Shown one piece after another: positions 41,371 through 48,819 of a DNA stretch of 64,000 bases. The stretch comes from a virus (Duplodnaviria > Heunggongvirae > Uroviricota > Caudoviricetes). The position numbers were made by a program, and so were the translations under genes. The stretch is from the IMG/VR virus record IMGVR_UViG_3300048625_000166; one strand, 5' to 3'. The notes beneath the pieces are model-generated. The model had not been told where the DNA came from, ran no database searches, and saw only the letters and a program-made list of their open reading frames with translations. Numbering within the stretch: the stretch's first letter is position 1; each line of letters opens with the position of its first letter.

Positions 41371-41427
41371 TCATTCAATACAAGTATTGTATCATCAATA
41401 CATGTGATTTTAAACTGTTTTGGGTAA

Positions 41428-42561
41428 CTATCGTAAATTAATTTTTACGTTAGGGTCTAATGTGATGCTAGACCAATTCTTGTTGAAATTGCCCCATATA
41501 TCTTTCTCATTCTTGTAATCAGAAAGCAATGATAGCAATTGTGGATTGAATCGCTCAACTATCTTACGTTGAATAAGACCTGTTGTGGAATTCAGGGTGA
41601 TATCCTCTACTGACATTCTATGAATCGTTTGAGGGATTCGTATGTCTGCGAAAGGACTAAAAGTCATGTTGTTGTCAATGTGCCAATACTGATGATCATA
41701 AAAAATTGTTGAGTATAAAAACTTCATCAACTGTTCTTGGTCGTAGTATTCTTCCATTGAATCTTTGTACTTGGCTACAACATTGGGACGCTTCAAAAAC
41801 CAATAAAGATAATCAGTTTCTTTAGCTAGTTCGTCAATGTGTTTGCCTTGATAGTTTGCCAATGCGTTGATTGCTTCGCCGTCACGGTACTGATATGTCT
41901 CTGCATAGAAGCCAGTTGCATACCAATTTAATTCCGTAAATGCACTTGATACATCATATCCCCAGTGTTTACTGGATACAAAGTCTACCAAGTCACTATC
42001 GTACTCTCTAACTCTGCCCAAAAACTTATGTAACGTATCGTCACCTTGTTTAGGCACATATGCTGTTAGAGTATAGTCTTTTGTGTAGCTGTCTAGTACA
42101 GCCCATGTTGTTAGGGTATCCAGTCCTGCTGAATACAACACATTCATGCGTTCAATATTATTGTACTTGTAGAAGTTTCGTGTGTTTTCTAACAATATAT
42201 CGCCGATGATAATCGACGACTCTTCCAATGACAGTAGGGTATCATTGGGAATTTTAGGTTCATTGTATGTAACAATGCCGTAGCCTTCAGTGGCTAGGTT
42301 TGTTTGTTCACCATTGCGTTCATATAATGGAAAACCTCTGAGAACTGGGTGATACACTTTTTCGTCATGTATCACGCACCATTTCCCAGCTGGCTGATAG
42401 CCATCAAGTATTTCTAGTAGCGTATCTGCTAGAGTACAATCTACGCTATAACCCTTATACCAGATGTTATCTTTTTGTTTCCAGCCGCCATCTAAAAACA
42501 GGCGATCTGAAACTTTGTTCATCGCCTGTATTGGACAATTGGATCCGATGTAGAAAAACAT
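41428..42561 (-). CDS. PP-loop/asparagine-synthetase-like protein
   Basis: VLYSAGLDT resembles the SGGxDS loop; late SPFAD resembles the PFLD motif. Confidence 0.45.
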   Translation of the reverse strand: MFFYIGSNCPIQAMNKVSDRLFLDGGWKQKDNIWYKGYSVDCTLADTLLEILDGYQPAGKWCVIHDEKVYHPVLRGFPLYERNGEQTNLATEGYGIVTYNEPKIPNDTLLSLEESSIIIGDILLENTRNFYKYNNIERMNVLYSAGLDTLTTWAVLDSYTKDYTLTAYVPKQGDDTLHKFLGRVREYDSDLVDFVSSKHWGYDVSSAFTELNWYATGFYAETYQYRDGEAINALANYQGKHIDELAKETDYLYWFLKRPNVVAKYKDSMEEYYDQEQLMKFLYSTIFYDHQYWHIDNNMTFSPFADIRIPQTIHRMSVEDITLNSTTGLIQRKIVERFNPQLLSLLSDYKNEKDIWGNFNKNWSSITLDPNVKINLR

Positions 42562-42785
42562 TATCGCTTGTTGCCGATGCGCTTTAGATAATCACGGCCG
42601 ACTAGGCCCTTTTCGATTTCTTGCAATGCAGTAACAAGATGGCCTGCTTTTGTTGCTAGTTTTGGTCGATGACCACGGGATAATTCACGAGTACGTTGAC
42701 TTGCGATTAGAATCAAATCATATCGATTGCCAACTGCATTAACTGCATCTTCGCTAGTATAGCGAACTCTACTTTCTGTCGTCAT
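42561..42785 (-). CDS. rpoZ: RNA polymerase omega subunit
   Basis: TSEDAVNAVGNRYDLILIASQRTREL...VTALQEIEKG. Confidence 0.85.
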   Translation of the reverse strand: MTTESRVRYTSEDAVNAVGNRYDLILIASQRTRELSRGHRPKLATKAGHLVTALQEIEKGLVGRDYLKRIGNKR

Positions 42786-42814
42786 TTTTTACCTTTTAAG
42801 GTTGTTAATAAACA

Positions 42815-42890
42815 TGGAGCGGGAAAAGGGGCTCGAACCCTCGACCTATACCTTGGCAAGGTATCGCTCTACCAACTGAGCTATTCCCGC
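42815..42890 (-). tRNA. tRNA-Gly(GCC)
   Basis: Cloverleaf, loop TTGCCAA, CCA. Confidence 0.95.
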
Positions 42891-42896
42891 ATGTTC

Positions 42897-42971
42897 TGGT
42901 ACATCGACACGGTTTCGAACCGCGGACCCTCTCCGTGTAAAGGAGACGCTCTACCCCTGAGCTATCGATGC
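42897..42971 (-). tRNA. tRNA-Val(TAC)
   Basis: Cloverleaf, loop TTTACAC, CCA. Confidence 0.95.
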
Positions 42972-42982
42972 ATATATTCTAT

Positions 42983-43171
42983 TTAGCCACCCTGTTGGCT
43001 ATCTTTAATTTCTGTTCCCCAGTCAATTTCCTTCTTGTCATCAGACATATCAGGTAATGGAGGTGGAACGTAACGTTCACGCTTTGGCTTTTCACCAAAG
43101 ATTTTGTCCATGTTCTCACCGAATTCTGTAGGACTAATACTAAATGGACGAGGACGAGAACCCTTGCTCAT
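42983..43171 (-). CDS. Small hypothetical protein
   Basis: MSKGSRPRPFSI... Confidence 0.6.
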   Translation of the reverse strand: MSKGSRPRPFSISPTEFGENMDKIFGEKPKRERYVPPPLPDMSDDKKEIDWGTEIKDSQQGG

Positions 43172-43338
43172 TACTTAGATTCCTTACGTGAACCCTTCTG
43201 ACGGGCATCGCTCTCTGCGATTTGTGTAAAGCTACGCAAGAATGCGCCACGCTTGTGTGAATCTAGAATTGTTGCAGATGCTATCTTAACTAGCTTGCCT
43301 AGCTTCACTGCTTTTGGATCATAACCTCTACATGTCAT
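43171..43338 (-). CDS. Small hypothetical protein (55 aa)
   Basis: AAGGA RBS; MTCRGYDPKAVKLGK...; not in the ORF track. Confidence 0.6.
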   Translation of the reverse strand: MTCRGYDPKAVKLGKLVKIASATILDSHKRGAFLRSFTQIAESDARQKGSRKESK

Positions 43339-43361
43339 ACTATTTTCCTTTTATGTTAAAT

Positions 43362-43439
43362 TGGTCTCGGTAGTAGGATTCGAACCTACGACCCTCTGCT
43401 CCCAAAGCAGATGCGCTAACCAGACTGCGCTACACCGAG
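43362..43439 (-). tRNA. tRNA-Pro(TGG)
   Basis: Cloverleaf, loop TTTGGGA, CCA. Confidence 0.95.
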
Positions 43440-43445
43440 ATTGTT

Positions 43446-43519
43446 TGGATGCGGGTGACAGATTCGAACTGCCGATGCTCCGAGCTTATGAGACTGGAGT
43501 GGTGACCACCCTACCCGCG
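43446..43519 (-). tRNA. tRNA-iMet(CAT)-like, atypical
   Basis: C1:A72 mismatch, loop CTCATAA; short D arm and bulged anticodon stem. Confidence 0.65.
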
Positions 43520-43530
43520 TAAATCGTTTT

Positions 43531-43605
43531 TGGTGCGTGATAGAGGGATCGAACCTCTGACCTTCTCAATGTCACTGAGATATTCTACCGCTGAAATAAT
43601 CACGC
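43531..43605 (-). tRNA. tRNA-Val(GAC)
   Basis: Cloverleaf, loop GTGACAT, CCA. Confidence 0.9.
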
Positions 43606-43610
43606 ATTTT

Positions 43611-43730
43611 AACAGGTTCTCTTTTTTCGTGCTACCACTACACCAACGCGAAGACCAACTCGCGCCTGGGATTCGAACCCAGCCCCTCTTTTTTACAGAA
43701 AGATTATTAAGATTGCTGAAAAGAACCTAA
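43611..43730 (-). ncRNA. Y-like RNA A4 containing a circularly permuted tRNA-Tyr(GTA)
   Basis: AGGTTCTTTTCAGCAA...AGAACCTG; inside, in order: anticodon arm TCTTT-CTGTAAA-AAAGA, T arm CTGGG-TTCGAAT-CCCAG, loop-closed acceptor, D arm GTGT-AGTGGTA-GCAC. Confidence 0.8.
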
Positions 43731-43740
43731 TGGTCAAACT

Positions 43741-43816
43741 TGGTGGAGGTGACAGGACTCGAACCCGCTACCTATTGCTTGCAAAGCAACCGCTCTCCCA
43801 GGTGAGCTACACCCCC
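43741..43816 (-). tRNA. tRNA-Ala(TGC)
   Basis: G3:U70, loop TTTGCAA, CCA. Confidence 0.95.
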
Positions 43817-43891
43817 GAAATTTGTTACACACTACTTATCTCATTATACGCCATGTGTAAGGGCGAGGCTTCTAACTCTTTCGAGTTTTGT

Positions 43892-43968
43892 TGGTGCGGA
43901 TGGTGGGACTCGAACCCACAAAATTTGGCTTCTAAGACCAACACGTATACCAATTCCATCACATCCGC
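43892..43968 (-). tRNA. tRNA-Leu(TAG), short variable loop
   Basis: Loop CTTAGAA; 5-nt variable region. Confidence 0.9.
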
Positions 43969-43979
43969 GTAATTCTATT

Positions 43980-44058
43980 TATACTGAAACACACTAACCA
44001 AGTCTCCTAACCTGTATCAACTGCCCCACTTGTGCAGTTATCAATGCGTTTTAGTATA
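43980..44058 (-). ncRNA. Long-stem RNA B1
   Basis: TATACTAAAACGCATTG...TAGTGTGTTTCAGTATA. Confidence 0.55.
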
Positions 44059-44238
44059 AAGGCTATCAGAGGCTTGCCATCGCCCTTAGGTTATACTGAT
44101 ATTACTCGTTGAAATATACCGAAGTATAGAGTTGGATTCAACAAGACCCTACTACTCACCTAAACTCATGTAGTCTGTAACGCATCATCATGAAGGGTCC
44201 AGCGACCTCTATCGTTACAGCATCTGGTTACATTCTTT

Positions 44239-44320
44239 CTATACTGAAACACACTGACTCTCCAGTATTTCTACTTTCGCCGAGTTTGACCGCGTAGTCG
44301 TGCAATGTGTTTTAGTATAG
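44239..44320 (-). ncRNA. Long-stem RNA B2
   Basis: CTATACTAAAACACATTG...CAGTGTGTTTCAGTATAG. Confidence 0.55.
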
Positions 44321-45198
44321 TGGAGCACTGAGAATACATGCTTACCGAGTAACACCTCAGACATTATTACAATCCTTGCGAGACTGCTTTCTTCTGACTT
44401 CCACTGCAACCTCTTGCGAGTATCACAGTCTGTTACCAACATCGCCGTTTTAAGTCAGGCATTAGACTTGACGCTGTATGCTATTCTACGCTTTCTATCC
44501 CGTTGACCTTTAGAGCCATTCACTACCGCTAAGTAGTTACGAAACTTCCTGCATAAACAGATTTCACCTTGCGAGTTACGTCTGACTGGATTATCTTGCG
44601 ACTCCAGTATTAGATGCTTTTCACATACAACCGAGACAGACTTTGCTTTTTTAATCGATAGAAGGGATCGAACCTTCAGCCGACTGCTTGAAAATGCAGT
44701 TGATCTACCATTGATCTATATCAACCTACTGTGATGTGCTGTCTCAGTTGCTTCATAATCTTTTGGACTACAAAATACAACACGCCACGTACCTTTTGTC
44801 TCGCGGACTACTCAGTCGTCTTTCACGATTAATGTCGGGTCTCGGCTTTCGCGTACCTCCATCAACCATTCAAACTGCATTACAACTCTTAGATGCGACT
44901 CCTCGAATCATAACACTACCCTTTCTCATACCAATTAACTGGACTGGTTTTGTCGTGAGGTCAGCACCACCTGTTACTCTCTAATGACTTGCGTTACCCT
45001 CGATATTATCTCAGGCGCTTAAGCCACTAATTCTTTCCACAACTTCCAGCGTCATTGTTATCACCACCGGTCTTATCAGTGATGAAACCCTCGCGGGTTT
45101 GAGCAGGCTTGCTTAGATGAACTATTTCTAGCGCGGGTCTGTAGGAGACTACCGCTTTGGGCCGATCACTCGGCTTATTCTAATGAGGCTAAGCCCCC
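44321..45198 (-). ncRNA. About 880-nt large structured RNA, GOLLD-like
   Basis: No credible CDS; many GNRA-capped hairpins (CTCGCAAGAG, CCGCGAGG, GCGAAAGC); 5' GGGGGC can pair with 3' GCTCC-A; located in a tRNA array; embedded tRNA-like domain. Confidence 0.6.
44653..44725 (-). ncRNA. tRNA-like domain embedded in the large RNA, 8-nt anticodon loop
   Basis: D arm GATC-AATGGTA-GATC, ACTGC-ATTTTCAA-GCAGT, T arm GAAGG-TTCGATC-CCTTC, no CCA. Confidence 0.7.
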
Positions 45199-45203
45199 AT
45201 AAA

Positions 45204-45320
45204 TTCTTATACTCGCATACACTTGCAATATTGAAATTGCCTACCGGAAGGATATCTCACATCCAGCTGTGTCCGCTCACATCCGTATGGCCTATACGTT
45301 TATGTATGCGAGTATAAGAA
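45204..45320 (-). ncRNA. Long-stem RNA B3
   Basis: 17-bp perfect inverted repeat TTCTTATACTCGCATAC / GTATGCGAGTATAAGAA. Confidence 0.55.
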
Positions 45321-45325
45321 CTACT

Positions 45326-45428
45326 TTCTTAACATTGTTGAACATACTAGTGCATTTCCAAATTATGCTACTCCTCATCAGGGATGGAATCGAACCAACA
45401 TCCCTAATACATTCAACAATGCTAAGAA
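45326..45428 (-). ncRNA. YrlA-like permuted tRNA mimic
   Basis: About 25-bp terminal helix enclosing a T arm (TGG-TTCGATT-CCA), a mini acceptor hairpin and a D arm (TA-GCAT-AATTTGGAA-ATGC). Confidence 0.65.
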
Positions 45429-45444
45429 AATTCTTAGCAATAAT

Positions 45445-45514
45445 TTTTTAAAGAACATCACTGATTTCTCAGTGTCAATACAAGTATTGTATAAGGTTTT
45501 TAATTCACTGTCAA
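45445..45514 (-). promoter_or_regulatory. sigma70 promoter followed by boxB-boxA antitermination site
   Basis: TTGACA-17-TACAAT; CACTGA-GAAA-TCAGTG; TGTTCTTTAAAAA. Confidence 0.75.
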
Positions 45515-45544
45515 CAACTTTTTTAAGATTGTTAACCATTTTAT

Positions 45545-45620
45545 TGGAGCGGGAGGCGGGAGTCGAACCCGTCTATTTCAGTTTGGAAGACTAACGTGTA
45601 ACCACAAACACTTCACCCGC
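45545..45620 (-). tRNA. tRNA-Gly(TCC)
   Basis: Loop CTTCCAA, CCA. Confidence 0.9.
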
Positions 45621-45632
45621 ATAAATAACTTT

Positions 45633-45797
45633 ATGCATATCTATGACGCTATCACAAACTCTGGATTACACATCCACTTGTCCATGAGCGCCGATAATAC
45701 ATTTTACATTCTAGTATACGACATTGATAACTTCATGTTAACTATGAAATTTTTCAACAATGTAGATACTGCAATGCAATTTATCCATTCACTATGA
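45633..45797 (+). CDS. Small hypothetical protein (54 aa), antisense to the tRNA array
   Basis: ATG 5 nt after ATAAATA; ATGA overlap with the next ORF. Confidence 0.5.
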   Translation: MHIYDAITNSGLHIHLSMSADNTFYILVYDIDNFMLTMKFFNNVDTAMQFIHSL

Positions 45798-45985
45798 GTA
45801 GCCCAACAGATTACGAAATCTTATATAGATTAAACACTAGTCCATATGCAGAGACTAAGAGTTGGGTACTGCCTAATACATTCAAAGCAATGTTCTCAAA
45901 TGAGAACTTACCTGAATTTGTTATTGATGAACTATTAAAGAAACAGACGTTTAAATTAGACGATCAGTTTCCTCAATACAAATAA
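45794..45985 (+). CDS. Small hypothetical protein, antisense to the tRNA array
   Basis: 63-aa ORF ending just before the tRNA-Trp 3' end. Confidence 0.5.
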   Translation: MSSPTDYEILYRLNTSPYAETKSWVLPNTFKAMFSNENLPEFVIDELLKKQTFKLDDQFPQYK

Positions 45986-45987
45986 TC

Positions 45988-46063
45988 TGGCATCCCGGGA
46001 GGGATTTGAACCCCCAACTTACGGTTTTGGAGACCGTTGCTCTGCCAATTGAACTACCGAGAT
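45988..46063 (-). tRNA. tRNA-Trp(CCA)
   Basis: Loop CTCCAAA, G73, CCA. Confidence 0.95.
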
Positions 46064-46069
46064 ATATAA

Positions 46070-46132
46070 AACAGGATGCTTATTTTTCAATTAAAAGTTG
46101 AATTATAAGATGTTGCTGGACGCATCCTAAAA
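46070..46132 (-). ncRNA. Y-like RNA A5 displaying a Lys(TTT) anticodon stem-loop
   Basis: AGGATGCGTCCAGCAA...TTCAA-CTTTTAA-TTGAA...AAGCATCCTG. Confidence 0.75.
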
Positions 46133-46134
46133 CT

Positions 46135-46224
46135 TGGCGGAAACGGTGAGATTCGAACTCACGGACCCTTTGAAAGATCGCCGGTTTTCAAGACCGGAGC
46201 CATAGACCACTCGACCACGTTTCC
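46135..46224 (-). tRNA. tRNA-Ser(TGA)
   Basis: Loop CTTGAAA, long variable arm, G73. Confidence 0.95.
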
Positions 46225-46238
46225 ATTAAAATATTTAT

Positions 46239-46322
46239 ACCATATGTAAACACACTAGCGTTTTTCACTAAACTACAACTTGACTGGACTTGACCAGTGA
46301 CTCTATTGTGCTTGCATATGGT
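46239..46322 (-). ncRNA. Long-stem RNA B4
   Basis: ACCATATGCAAGCACAATAG...TAGTGTGTTTACATATGGT. Confidence 0.55.
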
Positions 46323-46436
46323 GACAGTTTAGTCCGATAACTGCCAAGAGTTGTGGTGATCCGGCACACCTTTTATGTATAAGTTGACTACAAGAGGCTT
46401 ATACACTAGGGCCTTCACGTTGCCCTATTTTTTAAT

Positions 46437-46561
46437 ACCATATAGAAACACACTGTCGTTTCTCTTTCCAGTCTAGACAACCTCGCTTACGAAGCACGAT
46501 TATATCACAGGATTACGCATCCTGCTCGTCACTGTACTCAAGCAATGTGTTTTTATATGGT
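46437..46561 (-). ncRNA. Long-stem RNA B5
   Basis: ACCATATAAAAACACATTG...CAGTGTGTTTCTATATGGT; begins in the ACCA of tRNA-Lys. Confidence 0.55.
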
Positions 46562-46632
46562 AGGGGCACAGGGAATCGAACCCTGATAGACCGGTTAAAA
46601 GCCGGATATTCTAGCCGTTGAATTATACCCCC
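46558..46632 (-). tRNA. tRNA-Lys(TTT)
   Basis: Loop CTTTTAA, CCA. Confidence 0.9.
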
Positions 46633-46635
46633 ATA

Positions 46636-46710
46636 TGGTCCCAGTGCTGAGATTCGAACTCAGTTCTCTCGGCTTAAGAGGCCGGACTTCACCTTCAAAG
46701 TTTCTCTGGG
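46636..46710 (-). tRNA. tRNA-Lys(CTT)
   Basis: Loop CTCTTAA, CCA; atypical D arm. Confidence 0.8.
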
Positions 46711-46772
46711 ATGGATCGTAAGAAATTTTCTTTTACGTGCCATCTGAGACCATACGGGGGTCAAAGATGACA

Positions 46773-46796
46773 CTATCGTTTACCTGAACGTTTCAT
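46773..46796 (-). other. 7-codon mini-ORF MKRSGKR followed by two hairpins
   Basis: AAGGT RBS; ATG AAA CGT TCA GGT AAA CGA TAG; then GTGTCATCT/AGATGGCAC stem. Confidence 0.45.
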
Positions 46797-46809
46797 GTCA
46801 TTTACCTTT

Positions 46810-47166
46810 TTAAGATTTAAGTGCTTTTAAAATATTATCCCAAGATTCAGTTGGATTATGACCTTGATCTAGCAAGGCAACATAAGTCTTAACTGCATCT
46901 TCTGGAATCTTGAAATAGATGTTTGCGTAGGTGCAGTCGAATGAATCATCTTCATCACGAACGTACCATGGATGACTTGACATTTCATCAAATACATCTT
47001 CATAGTCTTCACGATTGCCACCACCATTACGTGTGTGAACAACAATGTGACCATCTTCTACATAAACATCACGAAAGCGACCGAAGTCACCTTTTGTTTT
47101 ATCTAACAGACTCAGGAGTTGATCCGAGTTAGGGTTAGTGCCAAACATCATGTTATACAAACTCAT
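46810..47166 (-). CDS. Hypothetical protein
   Basis: AAGGAG RBS before MSLYNMMFG; ORF-track extension overlaps tRNA-Cys. Confidence 0.7.
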   Translation of the reverse strand: MSLYNMMFGTNPNSDQLLSLLDKTKGDFGRFRDVYVEDGHIVVHTRNGGGNREDYEDVFDEMSSHPWYVRDEDDSFDCTYANIYFKIPEDAVKTYVALLDQGHNPTESWDNILKALKS

Positions 47167-47264
47167 TTCATTCTCCTTTGTTAATTTGTGGAAGTTCCGA
47201 TAGCACCCATCGTCACTTACAACCGTTGAGTAGCCTTGCATCAAAACAGTGCTACTATTTGCTC

Positions 47265-47339
47265 TGGAGGACAGGATAGGAATCAAACCTACCTAGAACG
47301 GATTTGCAATCCGCCACATAATCGCTCTGTCACCTGTCC
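47265..47339 (-). tRNA. tRNA-Cys(GCA)
   Basis: Loop TTGCAAA, U73; T loop TTTGATT. Confidence 0.85.
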
Positions 47340-47348
47340 ATATTTTGT

Positions 47349-47436
47349 TGGCGGAGCATGTAGGAATCGAACCTACTCACCTCTTTCGAAATGATGGATT
47401 AGCAATCCATTGCCTTAACCGGTCGGCCAATGCTCC
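47349..47436 (-). tRNA. tRNA-Ser(GCT)
   Basis: Loop TTGCTAA, long variable arm. Confidence 0.95.
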
Positions 47437-47451
47437 GTAAAATATCTGATT

Positions 47452-47620
47452 AAAAATCATAAAATAGTGTATTCAGCTGGCAGACTGCAACAAGATACTA
47501 TCCTCTAATATATTAGTATCACAGTGATATTAAGTTCCGGACCCTAATATCACCAAAGTCTGGCAAATAAGATATATAAATTCAAAGTTTATTAAATGAA
47601 TACACTAATTTATGATTTTT
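47452..47620 (-). ncRNA. Long-stem RNA B8 with internal multi-way junction
   Basis: AAAATCATAAATTAGTGTATTCA...TGAATACACTATTTTATGATTTT. Confidence 0.55.
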
Positions 47621-47696
47621 GGTGGGCCCAACAGGACTCGAACCTGTGGCCAAGGAATTATGAGTTCCCTGCTCTAACCAACTGAGCTATAGGCCC
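47620..47696 (-). tRNA. tRNA-Ile2(CAT)
   Basis: GGGCCTATAGCTCAG body typical of lysidine-modified Ile2; loop CTCATAA. Confidence 0.85.
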
Positions 47697-47706
47697 ATAA
47701 TCTAAA

Positions 47707-47886
47707 ACCATATTATAATACACTCCCAATGCATGTCAAGCACTGTAACTTCATGGTACATCTTGAACCACAGTTTCGAACCTGTGAAATGTAGCACTAT
47801 CTAGTATCAACTCTTTCGAATTCAAAACATACTAGACCCGGCAAGCTGGGGCCTCTATATATGACAAGAGTATACTATAATATGGT
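47707..47886 (-). ncRNA. Long-stem RNA B6
   Basis: ACCATATTATAGTATACTC...GAGTGTATTATAATATGGT; begins in the ACCA of tRNA-Leu; internal T-arm-like CACAG-GTTCGAAA-CTGTG. Confidence 0.55.
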
Positions 47887-47969
47887 GCGGGTGGCCGGAA
47901 TCGAACCGGCACGGTGTCTCCACCGACGGATTTTAAGTCCGTTACGTCTACCTATTTCATCACACCCGC
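47883..47969 (-). tRNA. tRNA-Leu(TAA)
   Basis: Loop CTTAAAA, long variable arm. Confidence 0.95.
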
Positions 47970-47976
47970 ATATTAC

Positions 47977-48053
47977 TGGCGCCTCGTAGGGGACTCGAAC
48001 CCCTGGCCTCTTGCGTGACAGGCAAGCGATCTAACCAACTGAGCTAACGAAGC
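47977..48053 (-). tRNA. tRNA-Asp(GTC)
   Basis: Loop CTGTCAC, G73. Confidence 0.95.
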
Positions 48054-48058
48054 GTAAA

Positions 48059-48210
48059 TGGTGGGCTATCGCGGATTCAAACCACGCAACAACTCTATGT
48101 TGTAGAGTTAGGATTTCCAATCACTCTAAAGCCTATAAATTCATCACCGTTGACGTTTTACCATTGAAAGACACGGTGCCATCTGTCTCAGTCGCATTAC
48201 CTATCACCCC
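48059..48210 (-). ncRNA. 152-nt tRNA-like RNA (Ser-GGA-like loop, expanded D region)
   Basis: GGGTGAT/ATAGCCC-ACCA acceptor, T arm CGTGG-TTTGAAT-CCGCG, loop TTGGAAA, variable hairpin ACAAC/GTTGT. Confidence 0.55.
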
Positions 48211-48259
48211 ATGCTCGGATTCATAGATAGGCATTCTACTGATAATTCAATGTTTATCT

Positions 48260-48346
48260 TGGTGGATGCGGCTGGAGTTGAACCAGCAGTGCCTTTCGGG
48301 CGGCGGGTTTACAGCCCGCTGGGGTTACCAATTTTCCTACACATCC
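48260..48346 (-). tRNA. tRNA-Tyr(GTA)
   Basis: Loop CTGTAAA, long variable arm. Confidence 0.95.
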
Positions 48347-48347
48347 A

Positions 48348-48776
48348 TTATTTGTTTTTGCCACACCAAGTGTCAGTCTGTGAATGACAATTGGGACAGA
48401 GTAATCTTAAGTTTTTAAACTTGTGATTGTGATTATCGCCGTCTATGTGATCTAAATGTAGAGAAATTTCTTTTCCCATCCATTCTTCTAATCCACACGA
48501 CGAGCATTTGTTATCTAATATTTTTTCTTTTAACAAACGCTTTTTCAGTTTTAGTGTTTGATATGTAGGATGCAATCCTTCTAGAATTTCATTCAACTCT
48601 ATCTTCTTTGCACCACCACCTATCTTAAAATCTAAACCTAATCTTTTTGCTCTACGCCAAACTGTAACATCTGGCACATTAAAATAATGTGCTAACTTGC
48701 TCAAGACTGGCGTAATGTTATACTGTTCTATCAATTCAGTATCTGTAAACTTTTCTGTACTATGTTTTTGTTTCAT
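48348..48776 (-). CDS. HNH endonuclease with N-terminal HTH-like segment
   Basis: CSSC...LHLDHIDGDNHN...NLRLLCPNCH; ATAAATA 4 nt upstream. Confidence 0.85.
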   Translation of the reverse strand: MKQKHSTEKFTDTELIEQYNITPVLSKLAHYFNVPDVTVWRRAKRLGLDFKIGGGAKKIELNEILEGLHPTYQTLKLKKRLLKEKILDNKCSSCGLEEWMGKEISLHLDHIDGDNHNHKFKNLRLLCPNCHSQTDTWCGKNK

Positions 48777-48819
48777 ACAGTATTTATGAAAAGTTAGATA
48801 TGAAATCTAAAAATAAACT

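Noticed and set aside
46437-46561. Hammerhead ribozyme in the B5 loop (GTGACGAG ... GAAAC)
   Set aside because: Core C3 is absent and GAAA does not follow the candidate stem II
47167-47286. N-terminal extension of the 46810-47286 ORF
   Set aside because: It overlaps tRNA-Cys; a strong AAGGAG RBS points to the ATG at 47166
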